NCBI GenBank assembly: GCA_965238005.1
Contig: OZ250165.1
Span: 4,448,001-4,512,000, forward strand
Source of the DNA: Longimicrobiales bacterium
Lineage (GTDB): Bacteria > Gemmatimonadota > Gemmatimonadetes > Longimicrobiales > Gaopeijiaceae
Reading direction: 5' to 3'
DNA length: 64,000 nt
In this document: positions 1 through 7,273 of the stretch, piece after piece
How the letters are laid out: each line of letters opens with the position of its first letter
Position numbering within the stretch: position 1 is the stretch's first letter
Made by a program: the position numbers and the translations under genes
Notes under the pieces: generated by a model
Told to the model about the DNA's origin: nothing
What the model saw: the letters and a program-made list of their open reading frames with translations, nothing else
Database searches by the model: none

Positions 1-608
1 AGGGTCTCCTCGTCCAGGTAGGGAGCCAGCATGCGTCCCGAGTACGCTCGGTGGATCAACTCCGCCACGGCCGGAGCGTCACTGGGCTCTGGGTGTCGAA
101 TCCGCAAGTCGTCGGTACGCGGAAACCTCCGCAGGAGCGGGAGCGTGACGATGTCGAAGGGGAAGATCTTCAGGATAGGGAAAACAGGCCATCGCCAGGC
201 AGCCACGATTCGCTCCGCCGGTCGATTCCCGCCGATTACAATTCCCGAGGCCACCGATGCCCTGGGAATGACGTATTCGCCAAATCCCTCGATGAGCATG
301 CGCAGGAGCCCCCGGCCCCGGGCCTCGGGAAGCACCCTTCCGTCCGCGATGTACGCGTGCGTGGTCCAGTCCCTTTCCATCCATGACCGGTGAAAGCCCA
401 CCATGCAGTAGCCGACAATCCGGCCCTTCTCGAACACGCCCAGGTGAATGTGGTCTTCGAATGCCTGCCTAGGCCATGCAAAGAAGTCCGGACCTCGCTC
501 TAGGAGGTGAGTAAAGACCCCCTCGATGGGGCAGGCGCGGTTGATGGCGAGGAGCTCTTCGTTGAAGGATTCGTCCAGGAGACCGAATTCAAGGCCGCTC
601 CCCGTCAT
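1..608 (-). CDS. GNAT-family N-acetyltransferase (runs off the left edge)
   Basis: My translation from ATG 608 gives MTGSGLEFGLLDESFNEELLAINRACP...YIADGRVLPEARGRGLLRML, with the acetyl-CoA motif V.P..RG.G. The start overlaps the upstream stop (ATGA). Not in the ORF track because it is open at the edge. Confidence 0.75.
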   Translation of the reverse strand, partial: MTGSGLEFGLLDESFNEELLAINRACPIEGVFTHLLERGPDFFAWPRQAFEDHIHLGVFEKGRIVGYCMVGFHRSWMERDWTTHAYIADGRVLPEARGRGLLRMLIEGFGEYVIPRASVASGIVIGGNRPAERIVAAWRWPVFPILKIFPFDIVTLPLLRRFPRTDDLRIRHPEPSDAPAVAELIHRAYSGRMLAPYLDEET

Positions 609-1744
609 TCTCCACCCTGGTTCACGCTGGCTGGAATCAGGTCCCAGATGGGGAGCATCTCGTCCTTTCGAAGCTCTCGACCGAGGTCATCATCCACCAG
701 AATCGTGCCTTGCAAGTCCTCTGGAATGGCGCGGCGAACGTGCATCTGCCGAGTGAGGAGGCGGGCCTTCTTCTTCGAGGCCCGGACTACACCCCTCAAC
801 ACTCGCTCAAACTCACTCTGGGAGAGCCAGTCGGGGAGGTTGGAGAGGTCAAACCCGTCGAATGGTCCCGGAACCGTCTCCCCCCCCAGAAAGGCCGTTA
901 TGTCCGCCCTGATCGTCTCTAGGCCTCCGGCCCGGGTTCGTACTTCCGGAAAGCCCTCCTCAGACAGGAAGACGGGGACGGAGTCAGGGGAGATGACTCT
1001 CCCCAGCAGCAGCAGCTGCATCACGTGATTCTGTCGAATGGGCGTTCCGGTCATGCCCACCCTCATCACCCCGAAACAGTACTCTCCGAATGATTCCTGT
1101 CGCTCTCGGTGGGTCAGACTTTGAGGATCGGTGCCGAAAGCGGTGAAGAGGGTCGGATGGAAGACCACCTGAAAGGCTCGGCGAAGCCAGGAGGTCTCGA
1201 AGTAACGACGGAATACCTCTTCCTGCTCAGCGAGGGTCCGGCACTCGAACAGCGCCCGCGTACCAGCAGCGACGAAGGTTCGAATGACCCACCCGATGTG
1301 CCGCATATACCTCCCGAGACGAGCCCCGTGGATGGCGCCCCGCTTCACGAAGACCTGTTGAGAATCCCAGAACGCCAGCGACTCACTGTCCAGGGCCGAC
1401 CTCACCGTCCTATACCAACTCAGCCGCTGAGAGGCCTCGGCCGGGAGATAGCCCAGAAAGGAGATGGCGTCCTCCCTCAGAAGGCTCACCACCGTCGCCA
1501 GTTTCAGATGGACCAGGTGGAGCTGCTCGGGGCTGATGTCCAACGCCGTCACCTCATCGGCGCCCTGCGCCAGAAGGCCCAAAGGGACCTCGCCCCCACT
1601 GGCGATGGAGAGGAAGGCGCCACCCGGCAGGTCCAGGGCCCTGCCATCCAGGCGGTCGTTCTCCAAGGCGAACCCATAGCGGAAGAGCTGTGACATCGCC
1701 TGGTCCAGGTGGAGAGAGGGCGTGGGCGGCCGGGACGGGTTCAT
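605..1744 (-). CDS. DUF3419 / BtaA-like SAM-dependent transferase
   Basis: LSIASGG, ALDISPEQLHLVHLK and FDGFDLSNLPDWL motifs. Start uncertain (ATG 1744 or the later MSQLFRYGF). Confidence 0.75.
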   Translation of the reverse strand: MNPSRPPTPSLHLDQAMSQLFRYGFALENDRLDGRALDLPGGAFLSIASGGEVPLGLLAQGADEVTALDISPEQLHLVHLKLATVVSLLREDAISFLGYLPAEASQRLSWYRTVRSALDSESLAFWDSQQVFVKRGAIHGARLGRYMRHIGWVIRTFVAAGTRALFECRTLAEQEEVFRRYFETSWLRRAFQVVFHPTLFTAFGTDPQSLTHRERQESFGEYCFGVMRVGMTGTPIRQNHVMQLLLLGRVISPDSVPVFLSEEGFPEVRTRAGGLETIRADITAFLGGETVPGPFDGFDLSNLPDWLSQSEFERVLRGVVRASKKKARLLTRQMHVRRAIPEDLQGTILVDDDLGRELRKDEMLPIWDLIPASVNQGGE

Positions 1745-2182
1745 GATGAACCCCACTCCTGAGGGTAAAGTAGGAACCCGAATCGGTGGTGGAAAGGATC
1801 GACCTGCTTTGAGGGCCGTTGCGATGGACGGGGAGCACGGGGATGCGGGCGGACGTTGAAGGCGGTAGTCGAGCCGTTGACGCCCTTCTAAGCCACAAGG
1901 GCGCTCTGCCCTAAGGTCGCTCACACGGTAGCCTCGCCAGTTTCTGGCGGTGGAGAGAATGCGTCAGCAGTCTCAGCGATGTCCACTTCCCCGATCATTG
2001 TGAGTTCCTTATCGCCAGAGACGTGCAGCCGCCAGTGACAAACATCTTCGACACTCACGAGGGAGAGTCTCTCCACCCAAATGTTGTGTGGTCCTCCGAA
2101 TTCTTCGTGCTCGTCTTGGCATAGCTCTCAGCCCCCCCTTAAGAACGAAAAGACCCCCCAGATCAACGACGTGGAGGGCCAC

Positions 2183-2209
2183 GCGGAGCCGGTGGGATTC
2201 GAACCCACA
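2183..2209 (-). repeat. 27-bp duplicate of the tRNA-Ser(CGA) 3' end (att-like scar)
   Basis: gcggagccggtgggattcgaacccaca is identical at 2183-2209 and 3264-3290. Confidence 0.9.
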
Positions 2210-2249
2210 AGTCCGTTAGGAGACAAATCTTCGACCGACTTGTCGTCTG

Positions 2250-2969
2250 CTACCCCGTCCCCGGCCGCGGCAGCCCCGGCGTCCCGAAGATGATCTCGGT
2301 GATCGCCTTGATGCTCCGATTGCCATACCGGAACGGCATGACGAGACGCAGGGGCGCTCCGTGTTGGGGATCGAGCGACTCCTCGTTCATCATCCAGACG
2401 AGCATGACCTGCGGATGCCGCAACTCCTCCACGGACTCGTCCACGTAGTGGCCGTCCGACCCGGTCAAGCGGCAGTAGTGGGCGCCCGGAACGAGGCCGA
2501 GCATGTCCGCGAAGTCGGTGAAGCGAACCCCGGTCCACTTCACGATACCGGTGGGCTCCGGTGCACCGCACTGCATGAGGAAGGTGTGCGAAACCCTCGT
2601 CAGGGGTTCGAGGTCGCTGAACCGCATCGTCCCACGCTTGGTGCCAAGCCCGCGCGTGTCCACCCGGATCGCCATCCTCGTGTAGTCGTACTCGATCTCG
2701 GGCGCCCTGCGGTCCGACGTCCTCCACATGAGGCGGCCCCGGATCGGGCCGGCGGCCGACTCGGGATGCTCGGGGGCCGAGCCGTCGGGGTTCAGCGGGA
2801 GGTCCACCGGGAACGTGGCGCGCGGATCGACGTCGATGAGTCGGTCCGGGAACTCCTGCTCCTGTCCGGCGACCTGAGCCGCCAACTCCTTAGGATCCAA
2901 GCCGCCGACCGACAGGCCAACGATTGCGGACCCGGATACGGCGATGGCGTCGCGTCTCGAGATCGTCAT
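2250..2969 (-). CDS. Molybdopterin-dependent oxidoreductase (sulfite oxidase/MsrP-like Mo domain) with Tat-like signal
   Basis: MTISRRDAIAV signal; Mo-ligating Cys in FLMQCG; KWTGV, HGAPLRLVMP.RYG and SIKAITEI motifs. Confidence 0.8.
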   Translation of the reverse strand: MTISRRDAIAVSGSAIVGLSVGGLDPKELAAQVAGQEQEFPDRLIDVDPRATFPVDLPLNPDGSAPEHPESAAGPIRGRLMWRTSDRRAPEIEYDYTRMAIRVDTRGLGTKRGTMRFSDLEPLTRVSHTFLMQCGAPEPTGIVKWTGVRFTDFADMLGLVPGAHYCRLTGSDGHYVDESVEELRHPQVMLVWMMNEESLDPQHGAPLRLVMPFRYGNRSIKAITEIIFGTPGLPRPGTG

Positions 2970-3264
2970 GCGGGACTGCTCCTCCGAGGGGACAGGCGCG
3001 GGCGTGCGCGCAATCAGAATACTCCGGCACGCTCGGCGGGGATAGTCCGACCTCACGGACTTTTCATGGAGATCTGATGGGGGGCGCGTAGCGGGTCCGG
3101 ATCATCACCCCCCCCCCCTTTCCGGGGAGGGTCCGCTAAGACCCTGCAAGGTCCGGTACGCGGGTAACGAATCGGGTAACGCGACAGGCAAAGTTCGGGT
3201 CTACAAAAAAGGTGGTCACCGAATCGGGAATGCCCGATGTGCCGTAAGTCGCTGTGCTATAAAG

Positions 3265-3347
3265 CGGAGCCGGTGGGATTCGAACCCACACACCCTCACG
3301 GGCGCCGGTTTTCGAGACCGGTGCAATACCAATTATGCGACGGCTCC
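3265..3347 (-). tRNA. tRNA-Ser(CGA)
   Basis: Cloverleaf with CCGGT-CT CGA AA-ACCGG anticodon arm, long variable arm and GGTTCGAATCC. Confidence 0.95.
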
Positions 3348-3358
3348 AAACGTCGCAA

Positions 3359-3381
3359 TCAGTCGGGGCGCCCGGATTTGA
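3359..3381 (-). repeat. 23-bp duplicate of the tRNA-Pro(CGG) 3' end (att-like scar)
   Basis: tcagtcggggcgcccggatttga is identical at 3359-3381 and 3507-3529. Confidence 0.85.
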
Positions 3382-3510
3382 GCTGCGGTCGCCCTCGGCG
3401 ATCCTCGCTCGTCTCGGCGGTCAGCTCCTAGACCGCAGAGCGGATCACACCAAGTCGCCTCGGCTGAACCTCCCGCTCAAACCCGGAAAAACCCAATCTG
3501 TTTTCCTCAG

Positions 3511-3584
3511 TCGGGGCGCCCGGATTTGAACCGGGGACCTCTGCGTCCCGAACGCAGCGCTCTACCGGACTGAGCCACGCCCCG
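3511..3584 (-). tRNA. tRNA-Pro(CGG)
   Basis: CTGCG-TT CGG GA-CGCAG anticodon arm. Confidence 0.95.
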
Positions 3585-3715
3585 AATTCTACCATTAAGC
3601 GCCCAGAAACCGCGTTCCTACGGGACGCGTGGGCCATCCTACTCCTAGCGGAAAGGGGTGGGAGTGTACTCGAACCGAATCACACAACGCCCGCGGTGGC
3701 CTCGTGTACTCCAAG

Positions 3716-3800
3716 CGGACGGGGTGGGATTCGAACCCACGTGGGCTATCAACCCACACGATTTCCAATCGTGCGCCTTAAGCCGCTCGGCCACCCGTCC
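3716..3800 (-). tRNA. tRNA-Ser(GGA)
   Basis: CACGA-TT GGA AA-TCGTG anticodon arm; long variable arm. Confidence 0.95.
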
Positions 3801-3846
3801 AGTTGTCAGTGAAGAATCCCACGTCCAACGCATTCAAGTACCTAAG

Positions 3847-3930
3847 CGGAGGGAGTGGGATTCGAACCCACGCGGACTTGCGTCCAACGCCTTAGCAGGG
3901 CGCCGCCTTAAGCCACTCGGCCATCCCTCC
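3847..3930 (-). tRNA. tRNA-Ser(GCT)
   Basis: CT GCT AA anticodon loop; long variable arm. Confidence 0.95.
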
Positions 3931-3937
3931 CAACAAG

Positions 3938-4010
3938 TTGCCCCTCTAGGGCTCGAACCTAGACTCTCCGGAACCAGAATCCGGCGTGTTGCCAATTACA
4001 CCAAGGGGCA
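3938..4010 (-). tRNA. tRNA-Gln(CTG)
   Basis: CCGGA-TT CTG GT-TCCGG anticodon arm. Confidence 0.95.
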
Positions 4011-4016
4011 TCTGAG

Positions 4017-4090
4017 AGCCACCTGTCGGAATCGAACCGACGACCCCGTCATTACGAGTGACGTGCTCTACCAGACTGAGCTAAGGTGGC
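4017..4090 (-). tRNA. tRNA-Thr(CGT)
   Basis: CGTCA-CT CGT AA-TGACG anticodon arm. Confidence 0.95.
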
Positions 4091-4096
4091 AAGCAG

Positions 4097-4169
4097 TGGA
4101 GCCGAGGGGAATCGAACCCCTGACCTCAGCATTGCGAACGCTGCGCTCTCCCAACTGAGCTACGGCCCC
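4097..4169 (-). tRNA. tRNA-Ala(CGC)
   Basis: CAGCG-TT CGC AA-TGCTG anticodon arm; G3:U70 pair. Confidence 0.95.
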
Positions 4170-4213
4170 CGACCATATCGGCCACTCGGCGTGTCCGCCA
4201 AGGGCCGCCAAAA

Positions 4214-4287
4214 TGGGCGCGAGAGGACTCGAACCTCTGACCTCTACGATGTCAACGTAGCGCTCTAACCAACTGAGCTACGCGCCC
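4214..4287 (-). tRNA. tRNA-Val(GAC)
   Basis: CTACG-TT GAC AT-CGTAG anticodon arm. Confidence 0.95.
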
Positions 4288-4297
4288 GGTCCCCTCC

Positions 4298-4335
4298 TTG
4301 TACTCCAACTTTGTACTCCAACTTTGTACTCCAAC
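4298..4335. repeat. Three tandem 13-bp repeats (ttgtactccaact) at the tRNA-Arg 3' end
   Basis: Copies start at 4298, 4311 and 4324. Confidence 0.9.
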
Positions 4336-4409
4336 ACGCCCGGAGGGACTCGAACCCCCGGCCTCCTGATCCGTAGTCAGGCGCTCTAATCCAACTGAGC
4401 TACGGGCGC
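4335..4409 (-). tRNA. tRNA-Arg(ACG)
   Basis: CTGA-CT ACG GA-TCAG anticodon arm. Confidence 0.95.
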
Positions 4410-4460
4410 AAACAAACAAACTGCAATACAGACGGTCTCGAAGACCACTCCTTTTCATCA

Positions 4461-4571
4461 GGCGACTTTGGTGCGGCGGTAGGAGGGCAAGGCGACCCGA
4501 CTGAGGCGTACACTCGTACGCCGCAGGGAGGGGAGACCGCAGTCCCGACACCGCGCTGCGCCAAAAGCGCC
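4461..4571. repeat. Imperfect palindromic REP/MITE-like spacer element
   Basis: Outer arms ggcgactttggtgcggcggt / accgcgctgcgccaaaagcgcc and an inner gcgtac-actc-gtacgc hairpin. Confidence 0.55.
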
Positions 4572-4580
4572 CGTGAAAAG

Positions 4581-4664
4581 TGCCCACGACAGGACTCGAA
4601 CCTGTACGCCGTTTCCGACACTGGTCCCTCAAACCAGCCTGTCTACCAATTCCAGCACGTGGGC
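4581..4664 (-). tRNA. tRNA-Leu(GAG)
   Basis: CTGGT-TT GAG GG-ACCAG anticodon arm; long variable arm. Confidence 0.95.
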
Positions 4665-4696
4665 GCTCTGTCGGACCGAACCGAGCCGAGCAGAAA

Positions 4697-4781
4697 TGCT
4701 CGGGGAGGGACTCGAACCCTCACGGGGTTAACCCCCACAGGGTCCTGAACCCTGCGCGTCTACCAATTCCGCCACCCGAGC
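4697..4781 (-). tRNA. tRNA-Leu(CAG)
   Basis: CAGGG-TT CAG GA-CCCTG anticodon arm; long variable arm. Confidence 0.95.
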
Positions 4782-4794
4782 CCGATCTGCACAG

Positions 4795-4867
<73 letters not shown>

Positions 4868-4906
4868 CGCACAATCAACCTGTGAGATGTCAAACAGCGT
4901 CTCCAG

Positions 4907-4981
4907 CGGGGCTGACGGGACTTGAACCCGCGACCTCCGGTGTGACAGACCGGCACTCTAACCAAGCTGAGCTACAGCCCC
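4907..4981 (-). tRNA. tRNA-Asp(GTC)
   Basis: CCGGT-CT GTC AC-ACCGG anticodon arm. Confidence 0.95.
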
Positions 4982-5025
4982 AAACGTCTACCGCGTCCGG
5001 ACCCCTGGTCCGGTGTCCTGCACCA

Positions 5026-5097
5026 TGCCCCCACGGGGAATCGAACCCCGATCTCCACCTTGAAAGAGTGGTGTCCTAGCCGCTAGACGATGGGGGC
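5026..5097 (-). tRNA. tRNA-Glu(TTC)
   Basis: CCACT-CT TTC AA-GGTGG anticodon arm. Confidence 0.95.
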
Positions 5098-5113
5098 GCA
5101 CTCCCCTGCCCAA

Positions 5114-5186
5114 CAGGCCCGGAGGGACTCGAACCCCCAACCCCCGGTTTTGGAGACCGGTGCTCTACCAGTTGAGCTACGGACCT
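5114..5186 (-). tRNA. tRNA-Trp(CCA)
   Basis: CCGGT-CT CCA AA-ACCGG anticodon arm. Confidence 0.95.
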
Positions 5187-5224
5187 CTGTTGTCCCGCGA
5201 CCGCAGAGGCGATCGGTGCATCAG

Positions 5225-5297
5225 TGGCCAGGGGCGGAATCGAACCACCGACACCGCGATTTTCAGTCGCGTGCTCTACCAACTGAGCTACCTGGCC
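5225..5297 (-). tRNA. tRNA-Phe(GAA)
   Basis: CGCGA-CT GAA AA-TCGCG anticodon arm. Confidence 0.95.
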
Positions 5298-5300
5298 GAC

Positions 5301-5335
5301 AAAAAAACCGCCCGGGCCTCTCGGCTACAGACGGT
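5301..5335 (-). terminator. Intrinsic terminator just upstream of tRNA-Phe
   Basis: ACCGTCTG-TA-GCC-GAGA-GGC-C-CGGGCGGT stem followed by a T run. Confidence 0.6.
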
Positions 5336-5466
5336 CTGACGAAGGGTGCGCGCTCGAAGTTTCTAGCGGCTCCCCTCGACCGCCCACGGTCGCAGGCTAG
5401 ACCACGTATCGGCCATCGTCCAACCCCGGGCCTGCTTGGCATCCGTCTGGAACATCGACCGACTCC
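5301..5466 (-). ncRNA. Candidate structured leader/attenuator RNA inside the tRNA operon
   Basis: Helices CAGACGG/CCGTCTG, GCAGGC/GCCTGC, GACCG/CGGTC and AGGG..CGCT/AGCG..CCCT. The closing helix overlaps the 5' arm of the terminator. Confidence 0.45.
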
Positions 5467-5493
5467 CTGAAAGCTGAATGGCCAGCACGTGGA

Positions 5494-5515
5494 AACGCCG
5501 CCCGAAGGCGGCGTT
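5494..5515 (-). terminator. UUCG hairpin after tRNA-fMet (weak terminator or processing hairpin)
   Basis: AACGCCGCC-TTCG-GGCGGCGTT with only a short T tail. Confidence 0.5.
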
Positions 5516-5524
5516 GTCAGCAAG

Positions 5525-5598
<74 letters not shown>

Positions 5599-5610
5599 CT
5601 GTAAAGCAAA

Positions 5611-5639
5611 AAGATATTGGAGATCGCGGAAAGGTTCAA
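5611..5639 (-). promoter_or_regulatory. sigma70-type promoter of the tRNA operon
   Basis: TTGAAC-17 nt-TATCTT, ending 12 nt upstream of tRNA-fMet. Confidence 0.6.
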
Positions 5640-5708
5640 CCCCGATCCTCGTACCTCAGAAGTGCTAGTTTAACCCACTCGCCGAACAGCACCTCGAGAG
5701 GTGAGACG

Positions 5709-6302
5709 ATGATGATGCGAGGTTGGAGCTGGGCAATCGTGGGCGCTGCGCTCGCCCTCCCCATGGCCGCATGTGGGGCACCCGATGATGGCGCGACCGC
5801 ACAGGACGACATGGGCGGTCGGGACACCGGCCTCAAGAGCTGGCACGAGGAGCAGGTGGCCGACTTCGAGACCATGCGGGACAAGTTCCTCGCCCTGGCC
5901 GAGGCCTTCCCCGAGGAGACCTGGGACTGGCGTCCCATGGAAGGCGTCCGCTCGGTCCGAGACGTCATGGCGCTCATGGTCGCCGAGGGATACCTCTTCC
6001 CCAGGCTTTGGGGCGCCACGGCTCCGGAGGGCGTGGCCTCGGGCTTCGGGGCTGAGATCGCCCGCGTGGCCGCGCTGTCCAAGAGCGAGATCATGGCCGA
6101 GATGGAGAAAGCGTTCGAGCACTTGCTCGCTTCGTGCCGGGACATGACCGAGGCCGAGCAGAACGCCGAGGCCAACTGGTTCGATCGGAAGGTGACGGCC
6201 ACCGCGGCCATGGGCCTCGCGGCCGGAGACATGCACGAGCACTTGGGGCAGTCCATCGCCTACGCGCGCACGAATCACATCGTGCCGCCCTGGAGTCGGT
6301 AG
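5709..6302 (+). CDS. DinB-family lipoprotein
   Basis: Lipobox-like MAAC; WRPMEGVRSV and HEHLGQSIAYAR motifs; GAGG RBS. Confidence 0.75.
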   Translation: MMMRGWSWAIVGAALALPMAACGAPDDGATAQDDMGGRDTGLKSWHEEQVADFETMRDKFLALAEAFPEETWDWRPMEGVRSVRDVMALMVAEGYLFPRLWGATAPEGVASGFGAEIARVAALSKSEIMAEMEKAFEHLLASCRDMTEAEQNAEANWFDRKVTATAAMGLAAGDMHEHLGQSIAYARTNHIVPPWSR

Positions 6303-6317
6303 GGGGCGCTTCGCGAG

Positions 6318-7001
6318 CTAGAACGGCCGTCCTAAGTCGGCCTGTACCCGGACCCTCGTGATCTGGGTCGCGTCGAGGAACGTGCGCGAGCCCAGCGTAC
6401 ATCCCGTCGCCATGAGGTTGCCCTGGGCGGTGCACGGCACGTGTATCAAGCCCAGGGAGTGACCCAGCTCGTGGGCGAGGATGCGCGCCATGCCTCCGTC
6501 GATGTCGCGCCCTCCCAGGGGATCGATCTCTGTGGAGACCACCACCTTCTCGCTCGGCAGGTACACGCCTCCCAATCCGCCCCCTAAATCCCGGATCATG
6601 AAGACGTTCCAGATGTCGGGCCGCAGGTTCTCCGGTGAGAGCACGGACGTGATCAATCCGAGCGGGCTCACGGTGGGATCCATGAGAGCGCGGCGGAACA
6701 GAGACTCGTTCCGCGCATCCTCGCGGACGATGCTCTCCAGGCCCCAGATGATGCCGGCCTGCGCCCAAGTCTCGTTCACCGCGGTCACGAGCTCGGTGAC
6801 TTCCTCGTCGCTCAGGCGAACGTTCAACGCGTCCAGCTCGTCGGACTGAACCAAGTGCAGCCGGACGGCGAGCTCGTTGGCCCCCGGCTCGCTGGTTTCG
6901 GGCCCGATCGGCTCATCGGTGCCGTCCGAGCAAGCACCCAGGATCAGTGCGACTGCCATGAGGACCGACAGCCGGTTCCTCGGATTGGCTCTATTGGTCA
7001 C
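6318..7001 (-). CDS. Lipoprotein zinc metalloprotease (metzincin)
   Basis: LGAC lipobox; HELGHSLGLIH zinc motif plus an NLM Met-turn. Confidence 0.75.
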   Translation of the reverse strand: MTNRANPRNRLSVLMAVALILGACSDGTDEPIGPETSEPGANELAVRLHLVQSDELDALNVRLSDEEVTELVTAVNETWAQAGIIWGLESIVREDARNESLFRRALMDPTVSPLGLITSVLSPENLRPDIWNVFMIRDLGGGLGGVYLPSEKVVVSTEIDPLGGRDIDGGMARILAHELGHSLGLIHVPCTAQGNLMATGCTLGSRTFLDATQITRVRVQADLGRPF

Positions 7002-7172
7002 GTATTCCCCGGTTGCCGAGTAATTCAGCTATGGTGGGTATAACCGTCGGGCCTCGGCACCAGTTCCAGCGAATCGAGATCGGGATCCCCCAGGGGCGAC
7101 CACGGCACCTGCCGGGAGTAGCTCGGCCCTGGTGTTGAGGGGCGTAGGACCGAGCTTACCTTTCCTCTTCCA

Positions 7173-7246
7173 CGGGACGTGGCGCAGCTCGGTAGCGCAC
7201 CTGAATGGGGTTCAGGGGGTCGCCGGTTCGAATCCGGCCGTCCCGA
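7173..7246 (+). tRNA. tRNA-Pro(GGG), likely integration site
   Basis: CCTGA-AT GGG GT-TCAGG anticodon arm; the integrase ends 28 bp downstream. Confidence 0.95.
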
Positions 7247-7273
7247 CTGTGGAGGTGATTGCCCCGCTTGATG

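Noticed and set aside
5301..5466. 6S RNA, T-box, glmS ribozyme, ZTP or raiA assignment for the spacer RNA
   Set aside because: Only short partial resemblances; the full consensus of none could be matched by eye.
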